From positions 1 to 39,088 of IMG/VR virus record IMGVR_UViG_3300033146_000459: a stretch of 39,088 nt of DNA, one strand, 5' to 3'. Positions 1-9,398 of this stretch are shown one piece after another. This DNA comes from a virus. Its lineage: Duplodnaviria > Caudoviricetes. Made by a program: the position numbers and the translations under genes. Positions within the stretch are counted from its first letter, which is position 1. The number at the start of each line of letters is the position of its first letter. The notes beneath the pieces are model-generated. The model worked only from the letters and a program-made list of their open reading frames with translations, was not told the DNA's origin and did no database searches.

Positions 1-22
1 GAAAGAAATAGACGTACCAGTA

Positions 23-262
23 ATGGAAAAGAAAACTTTTAAAGAATATTGTGGTGGTAATTATCACATTTCACTAGATGAATCTAAAGTATTAATTCCT
101 ATTGGAGAGAGAAATTCTCATGGCAATAGACATTCTGTAATAGGATCAGAAGAGTTTTATATCTGGGTTAATTATTTTGGGAAAGAGAATTTGATTACAA
201 AGTCCGAAGGAAGTGATATAATTAAAAGCGAAGAGTTCACATCAAATAACCAAGAAATATAA
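23..262 (+). CDS. Hypothetical protein, possibly 5'-truncated
   Basis: ORF track; the frame is open back to position 2 (KEIDVPV-M), so the true start may lie outside the window. Confidence 0.6.
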   Translation: MEKKTFKEYCGGNYHISLDESKVLIPIGERNSHGNRHSVIGSEEFYIWVNYFGKENLITKSEGSDIIKSEEFTSNNQEI

Positions 263-522
263 TGGAAATTTATCTTTACACAACAATCATTAGTTTGGCA
301 TTGGTTTACGCATTTATTAGAATGGGAAACAATTGGCTAAGAAACCTATTTATCTTTATGTTTTCAGGGTTGGCTTTATATCAAGGGATTTTCCTAGCGA
401 CTTACTGGACACACATGAAGCATGGGACTTGGTATTCTTTTTGGGGCAAACTTCCTTTCTTAATAGGGTTATTACTTTTACTTATTTATATTTTAAAAGA
501 ACGAAATGACAGATTTCTTTAA
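262..522 (+). CDS. Small membrane protein (3 predicted TM helices)
   Basis: Three hydrophobic stretches; TAATG coupling to the upstream ORF. Confidence 0.7.
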   Translation: MEIYLYTTIISLALVYAFIRMGNNWLRNLFIFMFSGLALYQGIFLATYWTHMKHGTWYSFWGKLPFLIGLLLLLIYILKERNDRFL

Positions 523-763
523 GCTACTTATAGAGTTCGCAACGCAATTTGGCGTTATGCCATTAATATTGTTTGGTGTCGCTTGGTGGTTTAACAAGAA
601 AGATAATCAACATAGAGAGGATTTTAAGCAATTAATGTTAGAAGATAAAGAAGATAGAAAAATAAGAGAAGATAGATACGCGTCAATAGCTAATGAGAAT
701 ACAAGAGTCGTAACAAAACTTATAACAACAATGGACACATTCATAGAAATAACTAAAAGATAA
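506..763 (+). CDS. Holin-like protein (N-terminal TM plus coiled coil, BhlA-like)
   Basis: ATQFGVMPLILFGVAWWF TM segment followed by a charged coiled coil. Confidence 0.55.
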   Translation: MTDFFKLLIEFATQFGVMPLILFGVAWWFNKKDNQHREDFKQLMLEDKEDRKIREDRYASIANENTRVVTKLITTMDTFIEITKR

Positions 764-765
764 AT

Positions 766-1671
766 ATGACTAGAAATGATATATACACAGCGGGCTTACA
801 TCCTTTCGGAGATTATACAACTGAATTTTTTACAACTAATAGACGTTTAGATTCATTTGATGAAGTGATCAGAAAAGTAACAAAAGATGTGGATTTTCCA
901 GAACTACGCAAAAGGTTTGGATATTTAACCAAAAGTTCTACCAAATGGGATATAACTAATCCTACTGGAACTACAATGAGATACACTTATGTAAGTGGTT
1001 GGCAAGCTGATGAAAATATCTCTATAGGAGATTCAGTGAAAGTTTATTTGAAATATGCTGATGCTAATAATAATCTAACGGCAGTGGTTACGGGAGTTAC
1101 GTCGATACTAGGTAAGATAACTTCTTTTGATATCGTGAATACAAATGGAGTAGTAGAGAGCGGAATTATTGCAGGATCAGGATATATAGTAAACGCTGAT
1201 ATAGTTACAGTAAAAGGACAACAGGATTATGCTTTACCAAATGATTTGCAAAAGATTCAAGGTAATTGTGTTAAAGTCGATAATATTCAATATGATTTAT
1301 TAGATGCTAATCAACAAGCCACTACCGGGAGATACTATAGTTGCTGGATGGAAGATGGAAGAATAGTTTTTAATTCTGAATTAACAGATGGAGCTATAAT
1401 TGATATCACTTATTATAGAGTGCATGAAGCTATCACTTCAGATACTCAAACTTTAGAAATAAGCGAGGAAAACGGAAAAGATGTATTAGTTGCTGGAATG
1501 AGTTATAAGTTCTCTGTATTGGATAATTCTATTGGTTCAGAAGAATCTATGGTATTCGCTAATATGTACGAGAGACAAGTAAATGCAACTAAATTTTATT
1601 TACTAAGTGTATTGCAAAAAGGTCGAATTTTGACTTACAACGATGCACCGAATAACACTTGGACAATATGA
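766..1671 (+). CDS. Head-tail adaptor / tail tubular protein A-like
   Basis: TVKGQQDYALPND and IDITYYR motifs typical of podophage adaptors; lies directly before the nozzle-like gene. Confidence 0.6.
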   Translation: MTRNDIYTAGLHPFGDYTTEFFTTNRRLDSFDEVIRKVTKDVDFPELRKRFGYLTKSSTKWDITNPTGTTMRYTYVSGWQADENISIGDSVKVYLKYADANNNLTAVVTGVTSILGKITSFDIVNTNGVVESGIIAGSGYIVNADIVTVKGQQDYALPNDLQKIQGNCVKVDNIQYDLLDANQQATTGRYYSCWMEDGRIVFNSELTDGAIIDITYYRVHEAITSDTQTLEISEENGKDVLVAGMSYKFSVLDNSIGSEESMVFANMYERQVNATKFYLLSVLQKGRILTYNDAPNNTWTI

Positions 1672-3260
1672 AAGGTAAACTAAAGCATAAAATAGTTAAT
1701 GATTTTTCTAAAGGGTATAATACTAATATTGCACCTCACTTATTGAAGGCCGGTTCTTCTCCTTACATGTTGAATTGTAGTATAGCTCAAACTGGTTCCA
1801 TATCTAAATTAAAAGGATCTACTCAAGTAGGTACTACTCAATCTGATTTCAGTGCTGGTATTAGAAATATGGGATTATACAACGGAGTTAATGGAGAAAA
1901 GGTAGTTTGTAATGGAGGACAGAAAGTCAAATACTGGAATGGTACAGATTGGACTGATATTGCAGGACTTACAGCAATTATTGAAGCTAACAAAGATAAA
2001 CGTTTTGGATATTTAATGTGGCAGGGTAAACTATTATTTATGTCTCAATTTTTATATATGGCTTGGGATGGTTCGGGGAGTGCGACAGATGAAAGCTCAC
2101 ACTTATCCACTCTTGGCGATATATTAATGTTAGATGGTCAGACAGATCAACTATGGGTAACAGGCGATGAAGATAACCCTTCTACTGTGTTCGTAAGCGA
2201 CACGGAGAATTATGCGAGTTTTAGTACTGTTTCACCGTCAACTGGGGCTGTAATAAAGGTTTATGATAAAGATGGATCAAAGAACGTAGGAATGGCAATG
2301 ATCTTTGAAAACAGATATGTTATGAAAACTAATAAGATTGTTAGGGTTGATCTTGATGTAAGTGTAGACCCAGCAGTTTACAGAAAGAAAATTACAGATT
2401 CTAAATATGGACCAATAGGTAAAGACGCTTGGACAATAGGTGAAAACAACGTTTATTTCTTTACCGGTTCGGAGATTAGAGCCTTTGGTTACTTTCAAAA
2501 TTATCAATCAGAGAGATCGGAAAATGCAGGATTAAGTATAAAACCAACTATTATAGGAGATATGAACACAGAATATCTCGAGGATGCTAAAATAACTTTC
2601 CACAATAATAAACTGATAATGACTTATGTATCTATAGATCAAACTACTAAAGTTTTTGATAAACAATTAGTATGGGATTTAGATTTACCCACACAGAATC
2701 CTATCGAGCCTATAAGTATTGGTTTATGGGATTTTAATATAGAAGCAAGTGTTTCAGTGGGGAGAGATTTATATTTCGGTTCTACAGATTCAGGAGTTAT
2801 TTCAGTCTTTGACGATACGTATAATAGAGAAGGGGTAGCAATAGAAACAATTTACGAAACAATAGCAGATCCTTTAAACACAGATGCACAACAATATAAA
2901 TCAATGAGATATATTGAATATGAATTTAGTAATATACTGGGAAGTGTTGAGGTGACCCTAGAAGGACAAACTAACTCAGGTGTATTGATTGACTCAGCTA
3001 CGTTTAATATTGGCTCTAAACCAATGACAGGACTCTGGGACGAATGTTTATGGAATGCTGCTATATATAATTGTGATGCTTCTGATTTACAAGTGCCTGA
3101 TTATATAAGAGATAGACAAAGTATTACACCAATAGTCGCACAAACATTTAAGTTAATATTTAAAAATGATACAATAGATGAGAGCTTTACACTTTCAAGT
3201 ATTGGATACATGTATGAAGAAAAAGATAAAAGGAGGTATAACCCTAGTTTTGTAATTTAA
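1659..3260 (+). CDS. Tail nozzle / stabilization protein (tubular protein B or P22 gp10-like)
   Basis: 533 aa, beta-rich; N-terminal DFSKGYNT, and KSMRYIEYEF near the C-terminus; gene position. Confidence 0.65.
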   Translation: MDNMKGKLKHKIVNDFSKGYNTNIAPHLLKAGSSPYMLNCSIAQTGSISKLKGSTQVGTTQSDFSAGIRNMGLYNGVNGEKVVCNGGQKVKYWNGTDWTDIAGLTAIIEANKDKRFGYLMWQGKLLFMSQFLYMAWDGSGSATDESSHLSTLGDILMLDGQTDQLWVTGDEDNPSTVFVSDTENYASFSTVSPSTGAVIKVYDKDGSKNVGMAMIFENRYVMKTNKIVRVDLDVSVDPAVYRKKITDSKYGPIGKDAWTIGENNVYFFTGSEIRAFGYFQNYQSERSENAGLSIKPTIIGDMNTEYLEDAKITFHNNKLIMTYVSIDQTTKVFDKQLVWDLDLPTQNPIEPISIGLWDFNIEASVSVGRDLYFGSTDSGVISVFDDTYNREGVAIETIYETIADPLNTDAQQYKSMRYIEYEFSNILGSVEVTLEGQTNSGVLIDSATFNIGSKPMTGLWDECLWNAAIYNCDASDLQVPDYIRDRQSITPIVAQTFKLIFKNDTIDESFTLSSIGYMYEEKDKRRYNPSFVI

Positions 3261-3269
3261 AAATAATAT

Positions 3270-3785
3270 ATGAATATAACCGAACAAGAGAGAATAAATA
3301 CGACCTTGGCGAGTTCTATAACTGATGCGGTAGGTCAAACAGCTCAATTAACCGTTCCAGCTATTAATGATACTGGATACGGTGTCTTATATAATTCTAA
3401 TATAGCAGCTGGTGAGACTGTTCACTGGAATGCTAGATCAGGTAATTTAATTACCTTAGATCAAAGAGGTTTAGATGGATCTACAGCTCAAAGTTGGGAT
3501 ACACTAACAACTAAGTTCATCACTGGTCCTACATTAGCTTTCATGGAAGAATTAAGAACAGTAGTAATTACAGCGGCTCAATTAAACGAAGATAATACTT
3601 TCACGGTAAGTCCTAAAGTTCCTACAATTACTACAGAAGGAGAGCAAGTAATGAGCAGAGAAGAGATTATTGCTAATTATGGTACAGGAATTGCAGGAGT
3701 ATCTAGTGTGGATGGAGAAACAGGGATAATCATTTTACAACCAAATAAATCAAAAAATATAATAGCTAATCAAATGTTTAACTAA
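3270..3785 (+). CDS. Tail fibre/baseplate-attachment protein
   Basis: TTLASSIT...QRGLDGSTAQSW and VSSVDGETG motifs, common in phage fibre proteins. Confidence 0.55.
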   Translation: MNITEQERINTTLASSITDAVGQTAQLTVPAINDTGYGVLYNSNIAAGETVHWNARSGNLITLDQRGLDGSTAQSWDTLTTKFITGPTLAFMEELRTVVITAAQLNEDNTFTVSPKVPTITTEGEQVMSREEIIANYGTGIAGVSSVDGETGIIILQPNKSKNIIANQMFN

Positions 3786-3791
3786 AAAAAT

Positions 3792-4352
3792 ATGAATTAT
3801 ACAAAAGAACTTTTATCAGAATCAGTGAATGGAGCACCCATAAACATTACAGGATTAACTTCTGTAGCTACGGTCAGTAGAGCAGTAGCAACTAATGTAG
3901 CAACAATCATTTCAGCAGCACATAGTCTTGTAACAGGGGATTTCATTTATCTTTCAGGAATGACAGATACAACTTATGACGGAGTTCACGAGGTAACAGT
4001 TGTAGATACGACTACATTTACCTTTGCTCTAACTCATGCTGACGAATCAGTAGTAGCAGACGTAGCGGGAACAGTTCAGAAAATTACTAAGATACATGAA
4101 TCAGAATCGGGAGAAACAGATCTTGATGAAATATGGGTGAACGTAACAAATATTAATGCGAGTAATGTTCAAATAGCACTATTCTTCGGAGAAGATGAGA
4201 TAAGTGATTACTACACAGTAGCAGCGAAAGACGGAAAAAGAGTAGTAGTGCCTGGGGATTTATTACAAAATTCTAAAGCTATCTATTCTTATGCGATCAC
4301 AGCAAATGATTCAATTAAGGCAACTGGTTATGTAAATAGACAATCTAACTAA
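3792..4352 (+). CDS. Virion structural (tail) protein
   Basis: ATIISAAHSLVTGDFIYLSG...YDGVHEVTVVDTTTFTF beta module seen in phage tail proteins. Confidence 0.5.
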   Translation: MNYTKELLSESVNGAPINITGLTSVATVSRAVATNVATIISAAHSLVTGDFIYLSGMTDTTYDGVHEVTVVDTTTFTFALTHADESVVADVAGTVQKITKIHESESGETDLDEIWVNVTNINASNVQIALFFGEDEISDYYTVAAKDGKRVVVPGDLLQNSKAIYSYAITANDSIKATGYVNRQSN

Positions 4353-4358
4353 ATATAA

Positions 4359-6032
4359 ATGTTATTAAATAAAAAAAATCCTTTACGACAAGGATTGCAA
4401 TACAACGGAGCAGGGGAAGCTGCTGCAGGAGAAGACTGGTATAAAGCTGATTTTGGAGATGGGTCAGATGGATTATTAGAAGTTACTGAGTCAGCAGAAA
4501 CAACATTGTTTGACAACACTACTACACCTATAGCGTCTTATGAAGTGAACAACACAACTTACAAGGGGACTACCTTTACAGCTACGGCTACTGGTAGTGT
4601 TTCAAAGATAACCCTTAGACTCTCTAAGACTGGTGATATAGGAAATATAGAGGGGAGTATATGGAGTTCAAGCAGTGCTGCTTATTTAGGCGACCCAACT
4701 AGAGATACTTTCCTTTCTAATTTTACTATAAACAATGACGATATATCTAGTAGTTTTTCCTTGGTTGAAATAATCTTGGAATCTCCTGTCCAGATGGTAT
4801 CTGGGAGAGTTTATGGAATAACTCTCGGCAGGGATACTGACGAAGGAAGTCTGTTGTGGAGTTATAATACAGGGCAATTACCCGCTAATACTGGAGGAGT
4901 GTTTAATTCAACTAATCAAGGAGCTTCTTATGCTGCGACTTCTTATGCACAAGCTTTTAATTTTGAGGTAGAAGGTTACAATAGTTCTACTAGTATTGAA
5001 GTAAATATGAAAGAGATTTATGAGAATGAAGATGTTACAGGAGTTACAACAGCACTTGGAACAGACAAAGGTTTAAACAAAGGAGTAGGAACTTATGATC
5101 CAGAGAATGATGTTATTCCTAATTTTTCTGATGTTACAATACTTGCAGGAAGCTCTATTGTTGCGAATGATTCATATAGATATTATGATACTGGACATAC
5201 CTATTTTAAAGCTAACGGGATAGTCACCTTGTATGGAGGAATTAATGAAAACGGATGTGGTGCTGACGAATGTAAAGCTCCAAACGGAACTATTAGTGGA
5301 GCATATGGAGGTACCGGATGGGATGCTTATAGTGGTTCTCCTCATGAAAGTACATCAGGAGGTAGTGGTTATTATGGAGCTCCGGGAGGAAAAGGTGGTG
5401 AGGATACTAGATCGGGAGGACCAAATTACTATCACGGGTCGGGAGGTGCAGGATATGCTACTTTTGGAAAACGTGGTTTAGCTAGTAATTCTATTTATTA
5501 CGGTTTGGATGGTTACCAAACAGCTACTGTAGACGTAAAGGAATATCCAATCCTAGGAGTAGGTGGAATAGGTAAGGGAAGTGGTGGTGGTGGAGGGACA
5601 TATGGAATATCTTCTTTCGGAAGTAATTCCCAAGATACCAACAACGATTATTTCCTTATGGGATCAGCAGGAGGACAAAGTATCAATGTTACAACTTATC
5701 AGCCAGGAGGTGAGGGAGGAGGTAAAGTTAAAATAGCTTGCGCTTCTCTAGTTTTTGGAACGGGTGGGTTTATAAGTGCTAATGGAGCGGATGGAGGTCC
5801 AGTTGGTGTTTCATATGCAGGAGGACAAGGAGGAGGTTCAGGTGGAGCCATTTGGGTAATTGCTCCTCAAGTCGATACTTCCAAACTTGAAGCTGTAGGT
5901 GGGAACGGAGGAACGGGAGCTGGAATAACTAATCTAATGGGAGGAGATGGAGGAGATGGAAGAATAAGGGTTGACGGGGAATGTTTAGGAGTTTCTGATC
6001 CAGCGGTAGGATTTAATATGACAATAAGATAA
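4359..6032 (+). CDS. Glycine-rich tail fibre / receptor-binding protein
   Basis: FGDGSDG motif, beta-sandwich insert, many GGxGG stretches and the C-terminal GGDGGDGRIRV. Confidence 0.65.
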   Translation: MLLNKKNPLRQGLQYNGAGEAAAGEDWYKADFGDGSDGLLEVTESAETTLFDNTTTPIASYEVNNTTYKGTTFTATATGSVSKITLRLSKTGDIGNIEGSIWSSSSAAYLGDPTRDTFLSNFTINNDDISSSFSLVEIILESPVQMVSGRVYGITLGRDTDEGSLLWSYNTGQLPANTGGVFNSTNQGASYAATSYAQAFNFEVEGYNSSTSIEVNMKEIYENEDVTGVTTALGTDKGLNKGVGTYDPENDVIPNFSDVTILAGSSIVANDSYRYYDTGHTYFKANGIVTLYGGINENGCGADECKAPNGTISGAYGGTGWDAYSGSPHESTSGGSGYYGAPGGKGGEDTRSGGPNYYHGSGGAGYATFGKRGLASNSIYYGLDGYQTATVDVKEYPILGVGGIGKGSGGGGGTYGISSFGSNSQDTNNDYFLMGSAGGQSINVTTYQPGGEGGGKVKIACASLVFGTGGFISANGADGGPVGVSYAGGQGGGSGGAIWVIAPQVDTSKLEAVGGNGGTGAGITNLMGGDGGDGRIRVDGECLGVSDPAVGFNMTIR

Positions 6033-6036
6033 AATT

Positions 6037-6789
6037 ATGAAAAGTTATCAATTACCAAGTTACGGAGGACGATCAATGCAATCTTTTGCGAATCCTTTAT
6101 ATAAAAATAAATACTATAAGGGAGGGGATGGAAGTTATTTCGAAAGAGTAGGTACTTCTTTTGTAGATAGGGATTCAGATTATATGAAAGACTTTGTAAG
6201 AGCGGAGGATTCATTCGTTGATCAAGAGCTTAGTGATTTGTATTATAATATGGGTTTAACAGCCAATCCCACTGGTAGGGTAAAAAGTGGGTGGATGGAT
6301 AAACCTACTTATGGAAGACAATACGATTCTAAAGAATTAATAAGTATAGGAAGAGGATTATCTGGATCAAAAGGGGCCAGAGCTTTAGCACAAATGAATG
6401 ATTATCAGGGGAGAATAGACAGGGTAGCTAAAGCCGCAGCACGAGGAGATTATGGTAATTGGGGGTCTAAATATGGAGCGAGAAAAGCTTCTGCCAATAT
6501 GTCGAGTAATGCTCGTATGGTAGGAAGTTATAGACCTGCGGCTACTGCTTATCAGAGTTACCAAACAAATTATGACAAAATAATGTCAGGAGGAAATATA
6601 GAAAGAAAATTAATCGCTAGTGATAAAACGTCTCAACCAAACACACAGAAAGAAACAACCGAACCTCAAAGTGATACCCAAGATACAAAAGGATCATCAT
6701 ATCAATCAGGGAGTGTATTCGGAGGAAGGCGATTAATGCCTAGTTATTGGCGTAAAAGAGTGGCAAGACAAAGAAATGTTAAATTTTAA
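6037..6789 (+). CDS. Hypothetical basic protein, putative ejection/internal virion protein
   Basis: Located at the start of the ejection-protein block; low-complexity and basic C-terminus. Confidence 0.45.
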   Translation: MKSYQLPSYGGRSMQSFANPLYKNKYYKGGDGSYFERVGTSFVDRDSDYMKDFVRAEDSFVDQELSDLYYNMGLTANPTGRVKSGWMDKPTYGRQYDSKELISIGRGLSGSKGARALAQMNDYQGRIDRVAKAAARGDYGNWGSKYGARKASANMSSNARMVGSYRPAATAYQSYQTNYDKIMSGGNIERKLIASDKTSQPNTQKETTEPQSDTQDTKGSSYQSGSVFGGRRLMPSYWRKRVARQRNVKF

Positions 6790-6800
6790 TAAATATATAT

Positions 6801-9398
6801 ATGGGAGTTACATACGGTAGTTCAAGCAGATCATCTAGTTCTAAAAAATCATCTAGTTCAAGAAAATCATCTAGTTCAAGAAAATCATCTAGTTCATCAA
6901 GCAGATCTAGTGGTCCAGTAACTACATCTTCACTTAAAAGTAGGGCGGGACAAAAATCATATGACGGAGGTAAAACTTGGTCAGGTGGTAGTTCTTCAAG
7001 TAGTTCTTCGAGTAGTTCTTCAAGGAGTAGTTCTAGTTTAACTTCTCATCAAAAAGCTAATATAGCTGCTTTAGAGGCACGAGGAGATATGGCTGGTGCA
7101 AACAAGCTTAGAAGTGCAATGGGAGTTTCATCGAATGGTTCCTCAAGTTCTTCTAATAGTACATATAATTCAAGGGGGACGAGTGGTAGAACTGGAATTT
7201 CAAGCAATGTTACTTATATGAATCATGGATACTATGGTAGTCCATCGACTTTAAACGGGGTAGCTAATGCTGATTCTTTAAATAAATGGAACGCAAAAAA
7301 AACAATTATACAAGAAAGTGAAGCTAGAATGAGAGCACAGGGAGCTAGATTCGCAGATGACCCTAATTATTCTGGTCCAGATAAAGGTTCTTATTCAACT
7401 AATAGAGGAATGGATGGTAAGGGTTCTAGAGCTTATAAAAATGGAGAATATCAAACTTCATATACGCCAGAGGGGGATAAGTTTTACGAAAGTAAATGGG
7501 AACAAACAGATGGGGGAGGAATGAATCCACGTATGAATGAATTAAGTGGACAACAGTATGAGTTTTCTGATAAAAACAGAGTAGAAGATGATGTGTACGG
7601 AACATACCAAACAGGACAAGATAATAAATTAGCAGGAGTAGATTTTACTAATTACCAAAAGGGACTAGCTAATGTAAGTAAAAATTTTGGATTTGATATA
7701 GAAGATACTGGTATTGATATGGGAGAATTAGAATCTCACGTTAAAAATCTAGCCTTAGAAAAAGGGGTAGATATTACAAATGAAAATGTTTTATTAAAAG
7801 CTGCTCATGAAATAGCTGTTGGAACAGCGGAGAGAAACCTACAGTTTGCTATGGCTACTAGTGCAATGTCTAGCGAGGTGGCTCAATCAGATTACGATTT
7901 GACAATAATGCAGTTAAATAGAAGAGCTAATAAAACAGAAGGTAATCTTGAAGATCAGGCTAATCTCTTAGAAAGAGCCTATGAAAATCAAGCAGCTCAA
8001 TTAGAATATTTAGTTGACGCAGATGTAGTGATGTTGGAACAAGGTAAAAACAATGCAATACGAAGAGCTAAACTAATGTTTGGAGCTGATCTAACAAGTT
8101 CCACAACCGGATTAGAGTTTTTATCTAATATAGAACAATCCTACGAGGATAAGATTAGAAGCACAAGACAAGACTATACTTTTAAATTAGAAGGTATAGG
8201 TTTACAATATGAAGGATCGCAGTTGAAAATAGCAGCGATGTACGATGATATTAATATGAAAGCTACTGAAACTATTGAAAATGCTTATCAGACTTTGACT
8301 AAAGTGAAACAAGAAGCTTATATGCAATCAATGGGAGATATAAATACTTATTATACAGCAGCAAGACAAGCTGACTTAAGTTATATAGAATCTACATTTT
8401 CAGCAATGAAAGAAGCTAGATTGGAACAGGAACAAGCTCAAAACTTAGTAATGAAACAAGAACAACATAATTTAGTTATGCAAAAAGGATGGCAAACATT
8501 AGAAAGTGGAGGTTATAAGAATGTGGCTGATCGAGCACTTTTGGGCATTGATACTGTGTTAGAAGGTCATTCAGGAACTTTAGCTGATAGAAACAATAAT
8601 CCAGGTAATTTAAGAGATCCAAAAACAGGAGAGTTTAGACAGTTTGAAAGTCCACAGGCAGGTTTTACAGCAATGGTTCAAGATCTTACTGCTAAATTAA
8701 CAGGGAATAGTCCAGCCATTAGAAACAAACTAGGTAGAAATGCTAAAACTTTATTAGATGTTATAAGTGTTTATGCACCTAAAGAAGATAATAACGATCC
8801 TAATAGTTATGCAAATGCAGTAGCTAATGCAATGGGAGTTAGTCCTAATGAACCAGTAGCTAATTTAATACCGAAAGTAAATGAGTTAGCAAAAGCAATG
8901 GCAAAACACGAAGGATTTACTGGGGAGATATTGTTCGCTAAAGATTTAAAAGATAACGATTCGTCTTATCCAGGACTCACCGATGAACAAGCTATTAATG
9001 ATATCATGTCAGGTAATATGACTTATGCTCAAATGAATGATCTTTATAATGAAAAACCTCATTTAAGAAAGAAAGTCGAAGAGAAACAAATAGAAGGAAT
9101 GTCAACAGGAATATTCGAAAGTTATTTAGAGCATATAGATAAATCTGTTGAAGAGATAATAGAATATAATTCTGGATTAGGTAAGAATGATACGCCGGCA
9201 GTTTCTATAAAGGATATATTAGATGCACCAGAAGAATTACAGGAGCAAATTAAATTAAAAGCTATTCAAGTGAGAAATGAAATCAGTCAAAAATATCAAG
9301 ATGAAGGAACTGGAGGTATGTGGTTCACAGATGAAAGAGCCGCAAGAAAACAAAGGGAATCATTACAAGAATTAATTAATCAATTAAATGCATTATAA
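6801..9398 (+). CDS. Putative ejection protein: Ser-rich N-terminus, coiled coil, lysozyme-like domain
   Basis: RNNNPGNLR...F..PQAG...YAPKEDNNDPNSY...AMAKHEG virion muramidase-like motif at ~8580-8920. Confidence 0.65.
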   Translation: MGVTYGSSSRSSSSKKSSSSRKSSSSRKSSSSSSRSSGPVTTSSLKSRAGQKSYDGGKTWSGGSSSSSSSSSSSRSSSSLTSHQKANIAALEARGDMAGANKLRSAMGVSSNGSSSSSNSTYNSRGTSGRTGISSNVTYMNHGYYGSPSTLNGVANADSLNKWNAKKTIIQESEARMRAQGARFADDPNYSGPDKGSYSTNRGMDGKGSRAYKNGEYQTSYTPEGDKFYESKWEQTDGGGMNPRMNELSGQQYEFSDKNRVEDDVYGTYQTGQDNKLAGVDFTNYQKGLANVSKNFGFDIEDTGIDMGELESHVKNLALEKGVDITNENVLLKAAHEIAVGTAERNLQFAMATSAMSSEVAQSDYDLTIMQLNRRANKTEGNLEDQANLLERAYENQAAQLEYLVDADVVMLEQGKNNAIRRAKLMFGADLTSSTTGLEFLSNIEQSYEDKIRSTRQDYTFKLEGIGLQYEGSQLKIAAMYDDINMKATETIENAYQTLTKVKQEAYMQSMGDINTYYTAARQADLSYIESTFSAMKEARLEQEQAQNLVMKQEQHNLVMQKGWQTLESGGYKNVADRALLGIDTVLEGHSGTLADRNNNPGNLRDPKTGEFRQFESPQAGFTAMVQDLTAKLTGNSPAIRNKLGRNAKTLLDVISVYAPKEDNNDPNSYANAVANAMGVSPNEPVANLIPKVNELAKAMAKHEGFTGEILFAKDLKDNDSSYPGLTDEQAINDIMSGNMTYAQMNDLYNEKPHLRKKVEEKQIEGMSTGIFESYLEHIDKSVEEIIEYNSGLGKNDTPAVSIKDILDAPEELQEQIKLKAIQVRNEISQKYQDEGTGGMWFTDERAARKQRESLQELINQLNAL
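6828..6897 (+). repeat. 18-bp tandem repeat (AAATCATCTAGTTCAAGA-like, ~4 copies) encoding KSSSSR
   Basis: Read directly in the sequence. Confidence 0.85.

Noticed and set aside
5233-5481. Alternate-frame + ORFs (also 27243..27458, 29731..29913, 36249..36434)
   Set aside because: Fully nested in well-supported genes with no recognisable features
4359-6032. Diversity-generating retroelement target
   Set aside because: No reverse transcriptase and no template/variable repeat pair seen
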